From an uncultured Thermoguttaceae bacterium (GTDB taxonomy: Bacteria; Planctomycetota; Planctomycetia; Pirellulales; Thermoguttaceae), in contig CAKVCP010000001.1 of the NCBI GenBank assembly GCA_934725735.1, forward strand, positions 1-63,047: a stretch of DNA of 63,047 bases, in the 5' to 3' direction. Below the pieces are notes generated by a model. It was not told the DNA's origin. It saw only the letters and a list, made by a program, of their open reading frames with translations, and made no database searches. The translations under genes and the position numbers were made by a program. How positions within the stretch are numbered: the first letter of the stretch is position 1; each line of letters begins with the position of its first letter. Of this stretch, positions 10,522-19,513 are shown in pieces.

Positions 10522-11259
10522 TCATGCGTCGCGGCGTTGAAACATTTCTTGGATACGATTATAACTTTCGAGAGTCCCGACGTCAAAACGCTTTCCAGGC
10601 ATAAGATACGCGTGAACGGGAACCTGCGCGGCGAGCCACGCGAGGAATGAACCGGGCGCGTCGACGCCGCACCCTTTTTGGAGCGCGGTCGCCACGAGGG
10701 AGAGATCTTCGCGACGATAATAATAAAATGGGGGCGCGCACCAATGCGATTGCGGCATGGGAGGTTTCTCTTCCATCGAAACGACGCGATCTTGCTCGTC
10801 GATTTGCATGACCCCGCATCGCTTCAATTTTTCGACGTCGGGTTCATAGTAGCGCATCGCGCAACTCGTTCCCTTTTCACGGGCGTATTCGAGAAACCCC
10901 TTCAGACTAAAATCAAGGAGATTGTCCCCCGCGAGGACGAGAAGGTCGTCGTCGATCTTGAGCGATTCGATCCCTAAAGCGAGATCGCGCACGGCGCCGA
11001 GCCGCGTTTCGTTCGTCGTCGTTCCGTCGTTGACGACGGCGATATTTTCGGAACGCGTCTTGACCCATTCGTTAAAATACTCGACAAAGCGAGCGTTGGA
11101 GACGACGCAGTATCCGTCGATTAGGCGCGTCGACTCCAGATCGTCGACGAGCCGATCGAGGATATTCCTGTTTCCGACTTTCAGGAGGGGCTTGGGAAAA
11201 TTTTTGGTGAGCGGATATAGCCGCGTGGCAAATCCAGCGGCGAGAAACAAGCATTTCAT
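10522..11259 (-). CDS. Sugar-1-phosphate nucleotidylyltransferase (NTP_transferase family)
   Basis: N-terminus MKCLFLAAGFATRLYPLTKNFPKPLL (GxGtRL-type motif). It lies 15 nt downstream of the kinase gene and 4 nt upstream of the 1118-aa gene, all on the minus strand. Confidence 0.8.
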   Translation of the reverse strand: MKCLFLAAGFATRLYPLTKNFPKPLLKVGNRNILDRLVDDLESTRLIDGYCVVSNARFVEYFNEWVKTRSENIAVVNDGTTTNETRLGAVRDLALGIESLKIDDDLLVLAGDNLLDFSLKGFLEYAREKGTSCAMRYYEPDVEKLKRCGVMQIDEQDRVVSMEEKPPMPQSHWCAPPFYYYRREDLSLVATALQKGCGVDAPGSFLAWLAAQVPVHAYLMPGKRFDVGTLESYNRIQEMFQRRDA

Positions 11260-11274
11260 ATCGTCTTTCCTATG

Positions 11275-12483
11275 TTAGAGCTGAACTCCATCCGCCGTAT
11301 CGCACATGTGAACGGAATATTTTTCCGCAAGTTCGGGATATTGTTTTAAATACGCTTTGGATACGGCGTCGGCGACTTCGTCGGCGCGTTCCGGGTCGAC
11401 GAGCGCGTAGCAACACCCCTTAAAACCGGCGCCGGCGAAACGTCCGCCATAGATTCCCGGCGTCTTCTTCATGATATTATAGAGGGTAATTTGTTCGGGC
11501 GCGCCGCTTTCCCACGCGTCGATACTGCTCTGACCCGACTCGAAGGAGAGGCGCCCGTATTCCTCCAAGTCCCCTCGTCGCCAAGCGTCGACTCCCTTTT
11601 CGACGCGTTCGTTTTCCGTATACCAGTGAGCGCAACGCTTGCGCCAAGGCGTCGGGAGTCGATCTTTGTATTCTTCGAAGACCTCTCGCGGAACCGATCT
11701 TGCGACGGAGTCGGCAAACTTTCCGTATTCCATCCCCGAGAAGGCTTGAAGCGCGTAGACTCCCGCGCGAAGTTCGTCGACGCGCGTATTGAACTTTGAC
11801 CCGACAAGGGCGTGTTCGAGCCCGGAGAAGAAGACGCCGATCTTAAATTTCGGCATATCTTGGTTCTGAGGAATCAGTTCGTAGGAGCCGTCGAGCGTGT
11901 CGAGGTAGAGGAGCGAATCGCGCTGGCACAACGTCTCGCAAGATTGGTCCAAGCGTCCGATGGAGACGCCGACGTATTGAGATTCCGCCTCGTAGGCCAA
12001 ATCTATGAGGTCTTGGCGCGTGATTTCGAGACGGTTGACGCGCGCCAGGGCGACCAAGAAGGCGATTGTAACCGCTGCGGAAGAGGAGAGTCCGCCGATC
12101 GGGAGCTCGCCTTCGATAACGCCGCTGAGTCCGACGGCGAGGGGAGAGCGGCGACTGAGCGCGATCGTCGCGCCGCGTAGGTAGTCCGCCCAGTCGCGTT
12201 CCTTTTGAGGGGGCGTCGTCGCGACGTGCCACTGCGCGCGTTTATGGAACTGCAACGATTTCATTTCAACGACTCCGTTGCGTTTGGGACCGTAGGCGAT
12301 TCGGATTCCTTTATTGACGGCGAAGCCGGTGATTTTTCCGAGGTTGTGGTCGACGTGCGCGCCAATGGGACAGACTCGATATGGACAAAAAGAAATTCCC
12401 GCAGGATCGCGGCTATAAATTTTCTGAAAGCGTTCTTCACAGAGCATAGGGCCTCTCCGCATCTTTGAAAAGTTCGTTCCCAA
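11275..12483 (-). CDS. GHMP-family sugar 1-kinase (galactokinase-like)
   Basis: PIGAHVDHNLG (GalK-signature-like) and the GHMP motif GGLSSSAAV. The start is uncertain: TTG at 12483, or ATG at 12462 or 12447. Confidence 0.8.
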   Translation of the reverse strand: MGTNFSKMRRGPMLCEERFQKIYSRDPAGISFCPYRVCPIGAHVDHNLGKITGFAVNKGIRIAYGPKRNGVVEMKSLQFHKRAQWHVATTPPQKERDWADYLRGATIALSRRSPLAVGLSGVIEGELPIGGLSSSAAVTIAFLVALARVNRLEITRQDLIDLAYEAESQYVGVSIGRLDQSCETLCQRDSLLYLDTLDGSYELIPQNQDMPKFKIGVFFSGLEHALVGSKFNTRVDELRAGVYALQAFSGMEYGKFADSVARSVPREVFEEYKDRLPTPWRKRCAHWYTENERVEKGVDAWRRGDLEEYGRLSFESGQSSIDAWESGAPEQITLYNIMKKTPGIYGGRFAGAGFKGCCYALVDPERADEVADAVSKAYLKQYPELAEKYSVHMCDTADGVQL

Positions 12484-12605
12484 TGGGGAGAAATCAACGC
12501 GTTGACTCCATCCTCCTTCGACGTCGTCATTGTAGATTCTACGGAATTAAAAAGCAAGAAGAAACGCAAAGTTAAGACTATTTAAAAAATTTTAGAGATT
12601 TCTAC

Positions 12606-12633
12606 TTGCGTAAAACGCGTATAGAGGTATTAT
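12606..12633 (+). promoter_or_regulatory. Sigma70-like promoter candidate upstream of tRNA-Ile copy 1
   Basis: TTGCGT, 16-nt spacer, TATTAT, about 35 nt upstream of the tRNA 5' end. Confidence 0.3.
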
Positions 12634-12669
12634 ATATAAGTCGATTGAACGACGTTGAGTCGCGAGATT

Positions 12670-12744
12670 GGGCGCATAGCTCAGTTTGGTTAGAGCGCGT
12701 CCCTGATAAGGACGAGGTCCATGGTTCGAATCTATGTGCGCCCG
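12670..12744 (+). tRNA. tRNA-Ile (anticodon GAU), copy 1
   Basis: Manual cloverleaf: acceptor GGGCGCA/TGCGCCC, D stem GCTC/GAGC, anticodon stem CGTCC/GGACG with loop CTGATAA, T arm CATGG-TTCGAAT-CTATG (one G-U pair). No encoded CCA. Confidence 0.9.
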
Positions 12745-12757
12745 CTATAGAGAGTAG

Positions 12758-12791
12758 AGAGCTTCAGGTTATCCTTGAAGCTCTTTTTTTA
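12758..12791 (+). terminator. Rho-independent terminator after tRNA-Ile copy 1
   Basis: agagcttcagg / ccttgaagctct stem with one bulge, followed by a run of 7 T. Confidence 0.6.
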
Positions 12792-12858
12792 TTGGTATTG
12801 TCCCCTTTTTCCTCTTGACTACGAACGAAAAAGGGATATCATACTTTACGTTGAGCGT

Positions 12859-12933
12859 GGGCGCATAGCTCAGTTTGGTTAGAGCGCGTCCCTGATAAGG
12901 ACGAGGTCCATGGTTCGAATCCATGTGCGCCCG
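12859..12933 (+). tRNA. tRNA-Ile (anticodon GAU), copy 2
   Basis: Same sequence as copy 1 except that the T stem is fully Watson-Crick (CATGG/CCATG). Confidence 0.92.
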
Positions 12934-12939
12934 CTTTGA

Positions 12940-12976
12940 AGAGCTTCGAGCTTTGGCTTGAAGCTCTTTTTTTATA
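12940..12976 (+). terminator. Rho-independent terminator after tRNA-Ile copy 2
   Basis: agagcttc / gaagctct stem followed by ttttttt. The stem is related to that of the copy-1 terminator. Confidence 0.6.
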
Positions 12977-13006
12977 TCGTGACAGAACGCGAAAAGGAAA
13001 CCGCCA

Positions 13007-14176
13007 ATGACGAAACGAACGCTAAACGTCGGAATTATCGGGTATGGGATGATCGGGAAGGTTCACGCATACGCGACGGCGACATTGCCCTGGTTCGCGC
13101 CTCAGCTTGACGTCGTCGGGAAGGTGGTAGCCGTCGCGACTTCGCGTCTCGAGACGGCGCGGCGCGCTCAGGAACAGATCGGTTGTCCGCTTGTGTACGA
13201 CGATTACCGCGCGTTAATCGCAAATCCGGAGATCGACGTCGTTCACATTTGCACTCCGAACGCGGAGCACTTGCCCGCGCTCCTGGAGGCGATCCGCGCG
13301 GATAAGCACGTCTATTGCGAAAAACCGATCGTCGCGGGGCCCGACGAAGCCGAGACGCTGAGAAAGGCGTTGGCGCAGAGCGCGTCGTCGAAAGTTCACG
13401 GGGTGGCGCATCATCTTCGCGGTTTTACGGCGCTGCGTCGTGCGAAGGAATTGATCGAAGAGGGGCGACTCGGGCGTATCGTTCAGTATCGTGTTGGATA
13501 CTATCATTCGAGCATGCTTGATTCGACGCGTCCATGGCGCTGGAAGCACGGGGAGAAGGGAGGAACGATCTTCGATTTAGGATCGCACCTTTTCGATCTG
13601 ATCGGCTGGCTGATAGGTCGTCCCGCGCAAGTGATGGCGAATGCGTCGATTTGGACGCCGCGCCGTCCCGTGACGGAGGGCTCTTTGGAGACGCGCGACG
13701 TCGTAGCTGAGGACGCCGTGTCGATTCTCACGCGCGGCGCGTTGGACGGTGGGGCGCAGAGCGCGGCGACGACGGGAATCGTTGAGGCGACGAAATTGAC
13801 GAACGGGGCGGAGGACGAGCTGAGGCTTGAGATAAGCGGAACGGAGGGCTCGCTGAGATTTTCGCTGATGGATTCGCATTATTTAGAATTCTTCGACGCG
13901 CGAGTTCCCTTTGGTAAGAACGGCGGGGCGGCAGGGTGGACGCGGATTCCGTCGGGAGCGCGATATGAAGCGCCGGAATCGGACTTTCCGTCGCCGAAAT
14001 CGACGACTGGGTGGCTGAGAGCACACGTCGCGACGCTCGCGGGGTTCTATCAAGGAATTTCGGAAGGAGGCCGTCCGCGCTGCGCGAGCTTCGAGGACGC
14101 CTTGCAGACTCAAAAGGTTTTGACGGCGGTCGCCGAATCGGCGCGACGCGAGCGATGGATTGACGTTGAGAGATGA
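13007..14176 (+). CDS. Gfo/Idh/MocA-family NAD(P)-dependent oxidoreductase
   Basis: N-terminal Rossmann motif LNVGIIGYGMIGKVHA, EKP motif (VYCEKPIV), family-typical length of 389 aa. Confidence 0.85.
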   Translation: MTKRTLNVGIIGYGMIGKVHAYATATLPWFAPQLDVVGKVVAVATSRLETARRAQEQIGCPLVYDDYRALIANPEIDVVHICTPNAEHLPALLEAIRADKHVYCEKPIVAGPDEAETLRKALAQSASSKVHGVAHHLRGFTALRRAKELIEEGRLGRIVQYRVGYYHSSMLDSTRPWRWKHGEKGGTIFDLGSHLFDLIGWLIGRPAQVMANASIWTPRRPVTEGSLETRDVVAEDAVSILTRGALDGGAQSAATTGIVEATKLTNGAEDELRLEISGTEGSLRFSLMDSHYLEFFDARVPFGKNGGAAGWTRIPSGARYEAPESDFPSPKSTTGWLRAHVATLAGFYQGISEGGRPRCASFEDALQTQKVLTAVAESARRERWIDVER

Positions 14177-14220
14177 CGCCGCAGGTAATGGCTTTGTGAA
14201 TGAACGAGGTTTAAAACATT

Positions 14221-16290
14221 GTGTTTGAGTTAGTTAAGCCATTTGAACCGTCGGGGGATCAGCCGTCGGCAATTCGTGAATTAGTCGACTCTTTCCGCAA
14301 AGGCGCGAAACGTCAGACTCTATTAGGGGTGACCGGTTCGGGTAAGACCTTCACAATGGCGAACGTCATTCAAGAGCTTCAGCGACCGACGCTTGTCTTG
14401 TCGCATAACAAGACGCTGGCGGCGCAGCTTTACGACGAATTCAAAGCGTTTTTTCCCAATAACGCCGTGTCGTATTTTGTAAGCTATTACGATTATTATC
14501 AACCGGAGGCGTATATTCCGCAACGCGACCTATATATCGAGAAGGATTCGTCGATCAACGACGAGATCGATCGGTTGCGGTTAGCGGCGACGAGTTCTCT
14601 CATGAGCCGCGACGACGTGATTGTGGTTGCGAGCGTGAGCAGTATCTACGGGCTGGGTTCTCCGGAGGATTATAAGAATCTAACGCTTTATTTTAAGGTC
14701 GGGGAGTCCCTCAATTACAGCGAGACGTTGCGTCGTCTTGTCGACATGCAGTATACGCGCAACGACGCGTCCTTTGACCGCGGTCATTTTCGCGTTCGCG
14801 GCGATACGATCGACGTGCGGTTGTCTTACGAGGAGTTTGCGCTTAGGATCGAACTGTGGGGAACGGAGATCGAGAGTCTTTCGTATTTTGATCCTACGTC
14901 CGGTAAGACGATTAAGACGATCAACGAAGCGTATGTCTATCCAGCGAAACATTTTGTGACGCCGGAGGAAAAAATACGCGAGGCGGTCGTCAAGATCAAC
15001 GCGGAAATGACGGAACAAGTGAAGCGCCTGGAGGATCAAGGAAAGATCTTGGAATCGCAGCGGCTTCTGGCGCGAACTCGGTATGATATGGAGATGCTCT
15101 TGGAGACGGGCGTCTGTCCTGGAATAGAGAATTACAGCGCAATTTTTGAGGGACGCGAGCCGGGTATGCCGCCTAATACGCTCTTCGATTACTTCCCAGA
15201 GGATTTTCTATTATTTATTGACGAATCTCATGTGACGTTGCCGCAGATTCGCGCGATGTACGCGGGGGATCAAGCGCGAAAAAAGAATCTTGTGGAACAT
15301 GGTTTTCGGTTGCCGAGCGCGTTGGACAATAGACCTTTGACCTTTACGGAATGGGAGTCGCGCCTTGACAAAGTGGTATTTGTGAGCGCGACGCCGGGCG
15401 AGTATGAAAAGAGCGCGGCGAATGGTAAAATCGTCGAGCAGTCGATACGTCCGACGGGCCTTCTGGATCCGGAAATCGAGGTTGTCCCCGCGTCGGTTCA
15501 GATAGAACACCTTTACGAGCAGGTTTTAGAGCGTGTCGCGCGTAAAGAACGCGTTCTTGTCACCGCGCTGACGAAGCGGCTTTCCGAAGATCTTGCCGCT
15601 TATTTTGTGAAAAAGAACGTTAAATGTCGGTGGCTTCATAGCGAGCTTGACGCGTTTGAACGCGTGGAATTATTGCGCGATTTGAGGAACGGCGAGTTTG
15701 ACGTTCTGGTGGGCGTCAACCTTCTCCGCGAGGGGCTCGATCTTCCTGAAGTTTCGTTAGTCGCGATACTTGACGCGGACAAAGAGGGCTTTTTGAGAAG
15801 CGAGACCTCGCTGATTCAAACGATCGGTCGATGCGCGCGCAACGCTCGAGGGAAGGTGATTCTCTACGCCGATAAAATGACGGAATCCATGAGCCGCGCG
15901 ATCGCGGAGACCGAGCGTCGCCGAGCGCGTCAAGCGCAGTATAATAAAGAACATGGAATTATTCCCAAGACCGTTTGCCGAAGCGTTAAGGAGGGCGTCG
16001 ACGCGGAAGCGGCGGCGCGAGAACGCGCGAACGCCGTCGTCGGCGCGAATCAGACGACCGAGTATATAACGCTAGAGTATCTCGACGAGTTGCAAAACGA
16101 GATGCTTGAAGCGGCGGAAAAACTCGAATTTGAACGCGCCGCGTATTTGCGCGATAGAATTAACGCGCTTAGAGAAAAAATCGGAACGAAAACGACGGTT
16201 TTTGAATTCGATCAGGCGCAGAAAAAGAAAGGTCGAGGAAGGGGACGAGGCGGCGCGTCACGTTCGCGAATACCGAAACCGGAGAGATAA
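14221..16290 (+). CDS. uvrB: Excinuclease ABC subunit B
   Basis: GDQPSAI, Walker A GVTGSGKTFTMA, helicase motifs, and the C-terminal UVR domain (LEFERAAYLRDRINALREK). Confidence 0.97.
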   Translation: MFELVKPFEPSGDQPSAIRELVDSFRKGAKRQTLLGVTGSGKTFTMANVIQELQRPTLVLSHNKTLAAQLYDEFKAFFPNNAVSYFVSYYDYYQPEAYIPQRDLYIEKDSSINDEIDRLRLAATSSLMSRDDVIVVASVSSIYGLGSPEDYKNLTLYFKVGESLNYSETLRRLVDMQYTRNDASFDRGHFRVRGDTIDVRLSYEEFALRIELWGTEIESLSYFDPTSGKTIKTINEAYVYPAKHFVTPEEKIREAVVKINAEMTEQVKRLEDQGKILESQRLLARTRYDMEMLLETGVCPGIENYSAIFEGREPGMPPNTLFDYFPEDFLLFIDESHVTLPQIRAMYAGDQARKKNLVEHGFRLPSALDNRPLTFTEWESRLDKVVFVSATPGEYEKSAANGKIVEQSIRPTGLLDPEIEVVPASVQIEHLYEQVLERVARKERVLVTALTKRLSEDLAAYFVKKNVKCRWLHSELDAFERVELLRDLRNGEFDVLVGVNLLREGLDLPEVSLVAILDADKEGFLRSETSLIQTIGRCARNARGKVILYADKMTESMSRAIAETERRRARQAQYNKEHGIIPKTVCRSVKEGVDAEAAARERANAVVGANQTTEYITLEYLDELQNEMLEAAEKLEFERAAYLRDRINALREKIGTKTTVFEFDQAQKKKGRGRGRGGASRSRIPKPER

Positions 16291-16597
16291 AAGGCCTTTC
16301 TTCATCCTCGTTGGGGAGGAGCAAGGCAATCTTGCTCTTTCTCCGCATTGCAGCGTTTCTTTCTATTCTTTCTTGCTTTAGTTTGTTCTCGTGAAACGTT
16401 TTTAAAGTCTGCTAGTATAATCCGTACGAATTTATTGGATAACGTCTCTTTGAGAAACTTTACCAGCGCATGATTCTTCGTCGTCTTTTTTAAAAGATAA
16501 ACTAAATATCACGTCTAATACGTTAGAAATTTCAATTTTTTCAACAATTTAGCTTAGAATGGAAAAATTCTTTGTTGAAATATATTTTTTAAGACTG

Positions 16598-16626
16598 TTG
16601 ACTTTTAATAATCGATTAGCTATTAT
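16598..16626 (+). promoter_or_regulatory. Near-consensus sigma70-like promoter in the A/T-rich spacer at the left edge of the accessory array
   Basis: TTGACT (16598-16603), 17-nt spacer, TATTAT (16621-16626). It points toward A1, about 310 nt downstream. Confidence 0.35.
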
Positions 16627-16937
16627 TTAAACAAAGGTTTCCTTGTCCTTCAAAGAAACTTTTGAAAGTCGACAAAGACGTCCGTCCCTATTTATTAGGA
16701 GTCGCGCTATGAAAAGCAGGGCGCTGAGAGTTCAGAATCATATTTTAGAACGTCTAGGCTTTTTCTCCGCCTTCTGGAGGGGAGAGGCGCTGAAAAAGCG
16801 CGTTTCCTCCTGCGCGCTAGCTTTTAAGCTGACAAAATAATTCTCTATCGCTTGGCGTCGTTTGGACTGAGTTTTTTGACTCGAGACGATTGTTCTTTGA
16901 TTTCCTTTAAAACGAGAAGAAGCTGAAGGAGTCGATC

Positions 16938-18119
16938 ATGTTCTTCAAAAATACAGGAATGTTTTATATTCCAGCGTTATGTCTGTTGGCGTTATACGCG
17001 TGTTGCGGGGACTCCGATTTGTCCCAGGACAAGTTTGTTCCTTTCGAAGGGGAATCGCTCTATTCGTCTCCCAACGGAAACGATATTGAGTTAATTTACC
17101 AAAGCGGCGAAGAAGAAAGCGTTGTTGAGACGAAAGTTGTTGCTTTTCCGAAGCGTCTTTCAGTTGGAGATACTTTCTATCTGGCCATATATAATAAAAA
17201 CTTGTCGGATAAAAGGATTAAGTATACGCTAAGTCCCTATTTCTATATTTCGCCTATGCTTTCATCTTCCTTGACGTCAGAAATCTACCAATGGAAGGAG
17301 GAAGTTGTCAACAGAATAAGATGTTTACGAATTTCTGAAGAACAAATTTTAGAGCCAGGCGCCGAAAGGATCTCGAGGAGCTGTTCGTGGGAATTTCCGC
17401 CTCTTGAAGATTGGAATGAGCCATTTTGGAAAGAACTTCGAGAGAAGCTTCCTCCTGAAGGGGCGAGTTGCCAACTACGTTTTTCTTTGACGACGACCGA
17501 AATTCGAGACGATCTCTCGACTGTTAATAGCTCTCACGACGTGGTTTTAGATCTTTGGGTGACGCCGCGTTCTGCAAAGGAAACCCAACTTTTAGAAGGA
17601 TGGCTACACTCGACTCCCGTAGATTTATTGCCCAACGATGTTGGCGACCGCAAAGAACCGAAGAAGATGGAAGGACTTCAGGGGGGCGTTGATCGTAAGG
17701 ACAAAATCAGCGAGGAGATATTGGATCTGAGGATGGAATGTCTCCAGGGGAGCGAGGAGAGTAAGATCAAAATCGGAGAGAACAGATGGGATCCATGGCT
17801 CTTCATTCGAACAGGAAATAGGAAACCGTCCGATCCGAATAATCCGACGACGTTAAAAGGATGGCGGGAATTGGAAGCCCAGTTGTCTCCAAGCGTGATG
17901 CGCGACGAGGTTCGTTTTACTCGACTGCAACTTGAGTATTATGCATCCTCTAGTCAATCCAAAAGAGAAGAGGCGAGAAAAGAACTCGTCGATTGGCTTC
18001 ATTCTTTGCCTCAAGCGCAACGCGTATCAATGGTTTCCAGCTTGAAATCGAAAGGAAATCTGTTCCGCAATACCAAACTACAAAAGGAGTATTTCGAGTT
18101 GATAAACGCGCTTGATTGA
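16938..18119 (+). CDS. Exported family-A paralog A1 (PLEDWN / GNRKPSDPN family, unknown function)
   Basis: RBS GAAGGAG. Signal or lipoprotein-like N-terminus (IPALCLLALYACCG). Motifs FPPLEDWNEPFWKELREKLPPEG and GNRKPSDPNNPTTLKGWRELEAQLSPSVMRDEVRFTRLQLEYY. About 85% identical to A6 over much of its length. Confidence 0.8.
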   Translation: MFFKNTGMFYIPALCLLALYACCGDSDLSQDKFVPFEGESLYSSPNGNDIELIYQSGEEESVVETKVVAFPKRLSVGDTFYLAIYNKNLSDKRIKYTLSPYFYISPMLSSSLTSEIYQWKEEVVNRIRCLRISEEQILEPGAERISRSCSWEFPPLEDWNEPFWKELREKLPPEGASCQLRFSLTTTEIRDDLSTVNSSHDVVLDLWVTPRSAKETQLLEGWLHSTPVDLLPNDVGDRKEPKKMEGLQGGVDRKDKISEEILDLRMECLQGSEESKIKIGENRWDPWLFIRTGNRKPSDPNNPTTLKGWRELEAQLSPSVMRDEVRFTRLQLEYYASSSQSKREEARKELVDWLHSLPQAQRVSMVSSLKSKGNLFRNTKLQKEYFELINALD

Positions 18120-18199
18120 GGATGAAAGATCGATCTAGGTCTTTCACCTAGGGGAAGAAAATGAAAAGAATGTGAGCGACATGTTCTAGGAGGCAAGCA

Positions 18200-19414
18200 A
18201 TGCATAATGCTTCAACGGTCAAAAAGACTCTCTTGGTTTCGACATATCACTTTTACCTTGATCCTTCAAATGGCGCGGCGATAACGACGCGCGAACTTCT
18301 TCATGCGTTGGCGTTACTCGGATGGCGCGTGCATACTTTTTGCGGATGCGCTCTTGATTTTCAAGATAAGAGGAATCCCGTCGAGTTTTTGGAGAGTCGA
18401 GGAATCGCGCCGAAACGAATTGTCGATTCCACTCAAACGGGCGGTTATTCGTTGGTAAATTTTCGAGACGGCGCCATTCATTCGACTTTATTTCTTCCCG
18501 AAGATAATTTTCATAAGCCTTCTCCGCAGATGGGAGAAATGTTTCTTCCTATCTTAAATCAAATCATCGGCGTCGCCAAACCTCAAATACTGGCGACATA
18601 CGGCAGTTATTGGCTAAGCGACCATATTCTTTCGGTCGCCAAAATCAATTCGTTAAAGACCGCTTTCCTTCTTCAGAATCATTCTTATAAGAATCTGAAA
18701 GACTTCGTAAAGGTTGATTTGACCATAACGCCGTCGAATTATACAGCGACTCATTACTCTGAACTTTTGGGACTCCCTTCCACCCCAATTGCTCCGATGA
18801 TGGATTGGGATAGTTTTATTTGCGACCCAACTTCTATGAAACGCAAGTATGTCGTGATGGTTAATCCTGAACCGAGCAAAGGGGGACTTTTAGTAGCGCG
18901 AATAGCGCATGAATTATGGAAGCGTCGCCCAGAGATTCCAATTTTGCTGGTGGAAGGAAGAGCCAAAGCTTCATGGTTGAAGCTTGCGGAGATTGATTGG
19001 ACTGGCGTTCGGAATGTCAATGTTATGGAATGTACGACAGATCCGCGCGATTTTTACAAAGAAGCGTATCTTGTTATTGTTCCTTCTTATTATCTAGAGA
19101 CTTTTTGTCGTGTCGCGGCAGAAGCTATGGCAAATGGAATTCCTGTTATTGTCAGTTCCCGAGGCGCGTTGCCTGAAGTTGTGGGAGACGCCGGTATTAT
19201 TTTAGACATACCGGCGAGATTGTTGGAGAATGATAAATTAACCCCCACGATAGGAGAGTCTGAAAAGTGGGTGGGGAATATTATTCTTTTATGGGACGAC
19301 AAAGAACTTTACGAGGATTATTCCCGACGCGCTCGGGAACGCGCTCAAAGATGGCGTCCTGAGATTATCGCGGCTCGTTACGACAACGCGCTAAGCGCCT
19401 TGATTGGGAGGTAA
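18200..19414 (+). CDS. GT4-family glycosyltransferase (GT-B fold)
   Basis: RBS AGGAGG. C-terminal motif ETFCRVAAEAMANGIPVIVSSRGALPEVVGDAGIIL is typical of Glycos_transf_1. Confidence 0.85.
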   Translation: MHNASTVKKTLLVSTYHFYLDPSNGAAITTRELLHALALLGWRVHTFCGCALDFQDKRNPVEFLESRGIAPKRIVDSTQTGGYSLVNFRDGAIHSTLFLPEDNFHKPSPQMGEMFLPILNQIIGVAKPQILATYGSYWLSDHILSVAKINSLKTAFLLQNHSYKNLKDFVKVDLTITPSNYTATHYSELLGLPSTPIAPMMDWDSFICDPTSMKRKYVVMVNPEPSKGGLLVARIAHELWKRRPEIPILLVEGRAKASWLKLAEIDWTGVRNVNVMECTTDPRDFYKEAYLVIVPSYYLETFCRVAAEAMANGIPVIVSSRGALPEVVGDAGIILDIPARLLENDKLTPTIGESEKWVGNIILLWDDKELYEDYSRRARERAQRWRPEIIAARYDNALSALIGR

Positions 19415-19513
19415 ATCTTCAAAGAACGACAGTGGAGCGCCGGATTATCAAAGCCCTATTGAATTGGCGTAGAACGGCGCGTCCAGGAGAATAAATTGTG
19501 TTTATGTTTTGAT

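Noticed and set aside
16643-16840. 65-aa ORF in the A/T-rich spacer before A1.
   Set aside because: It uses a TTG start with no RBS, has no similarity to anything recognisable, and sits in a region whose composition generates random ORFs.
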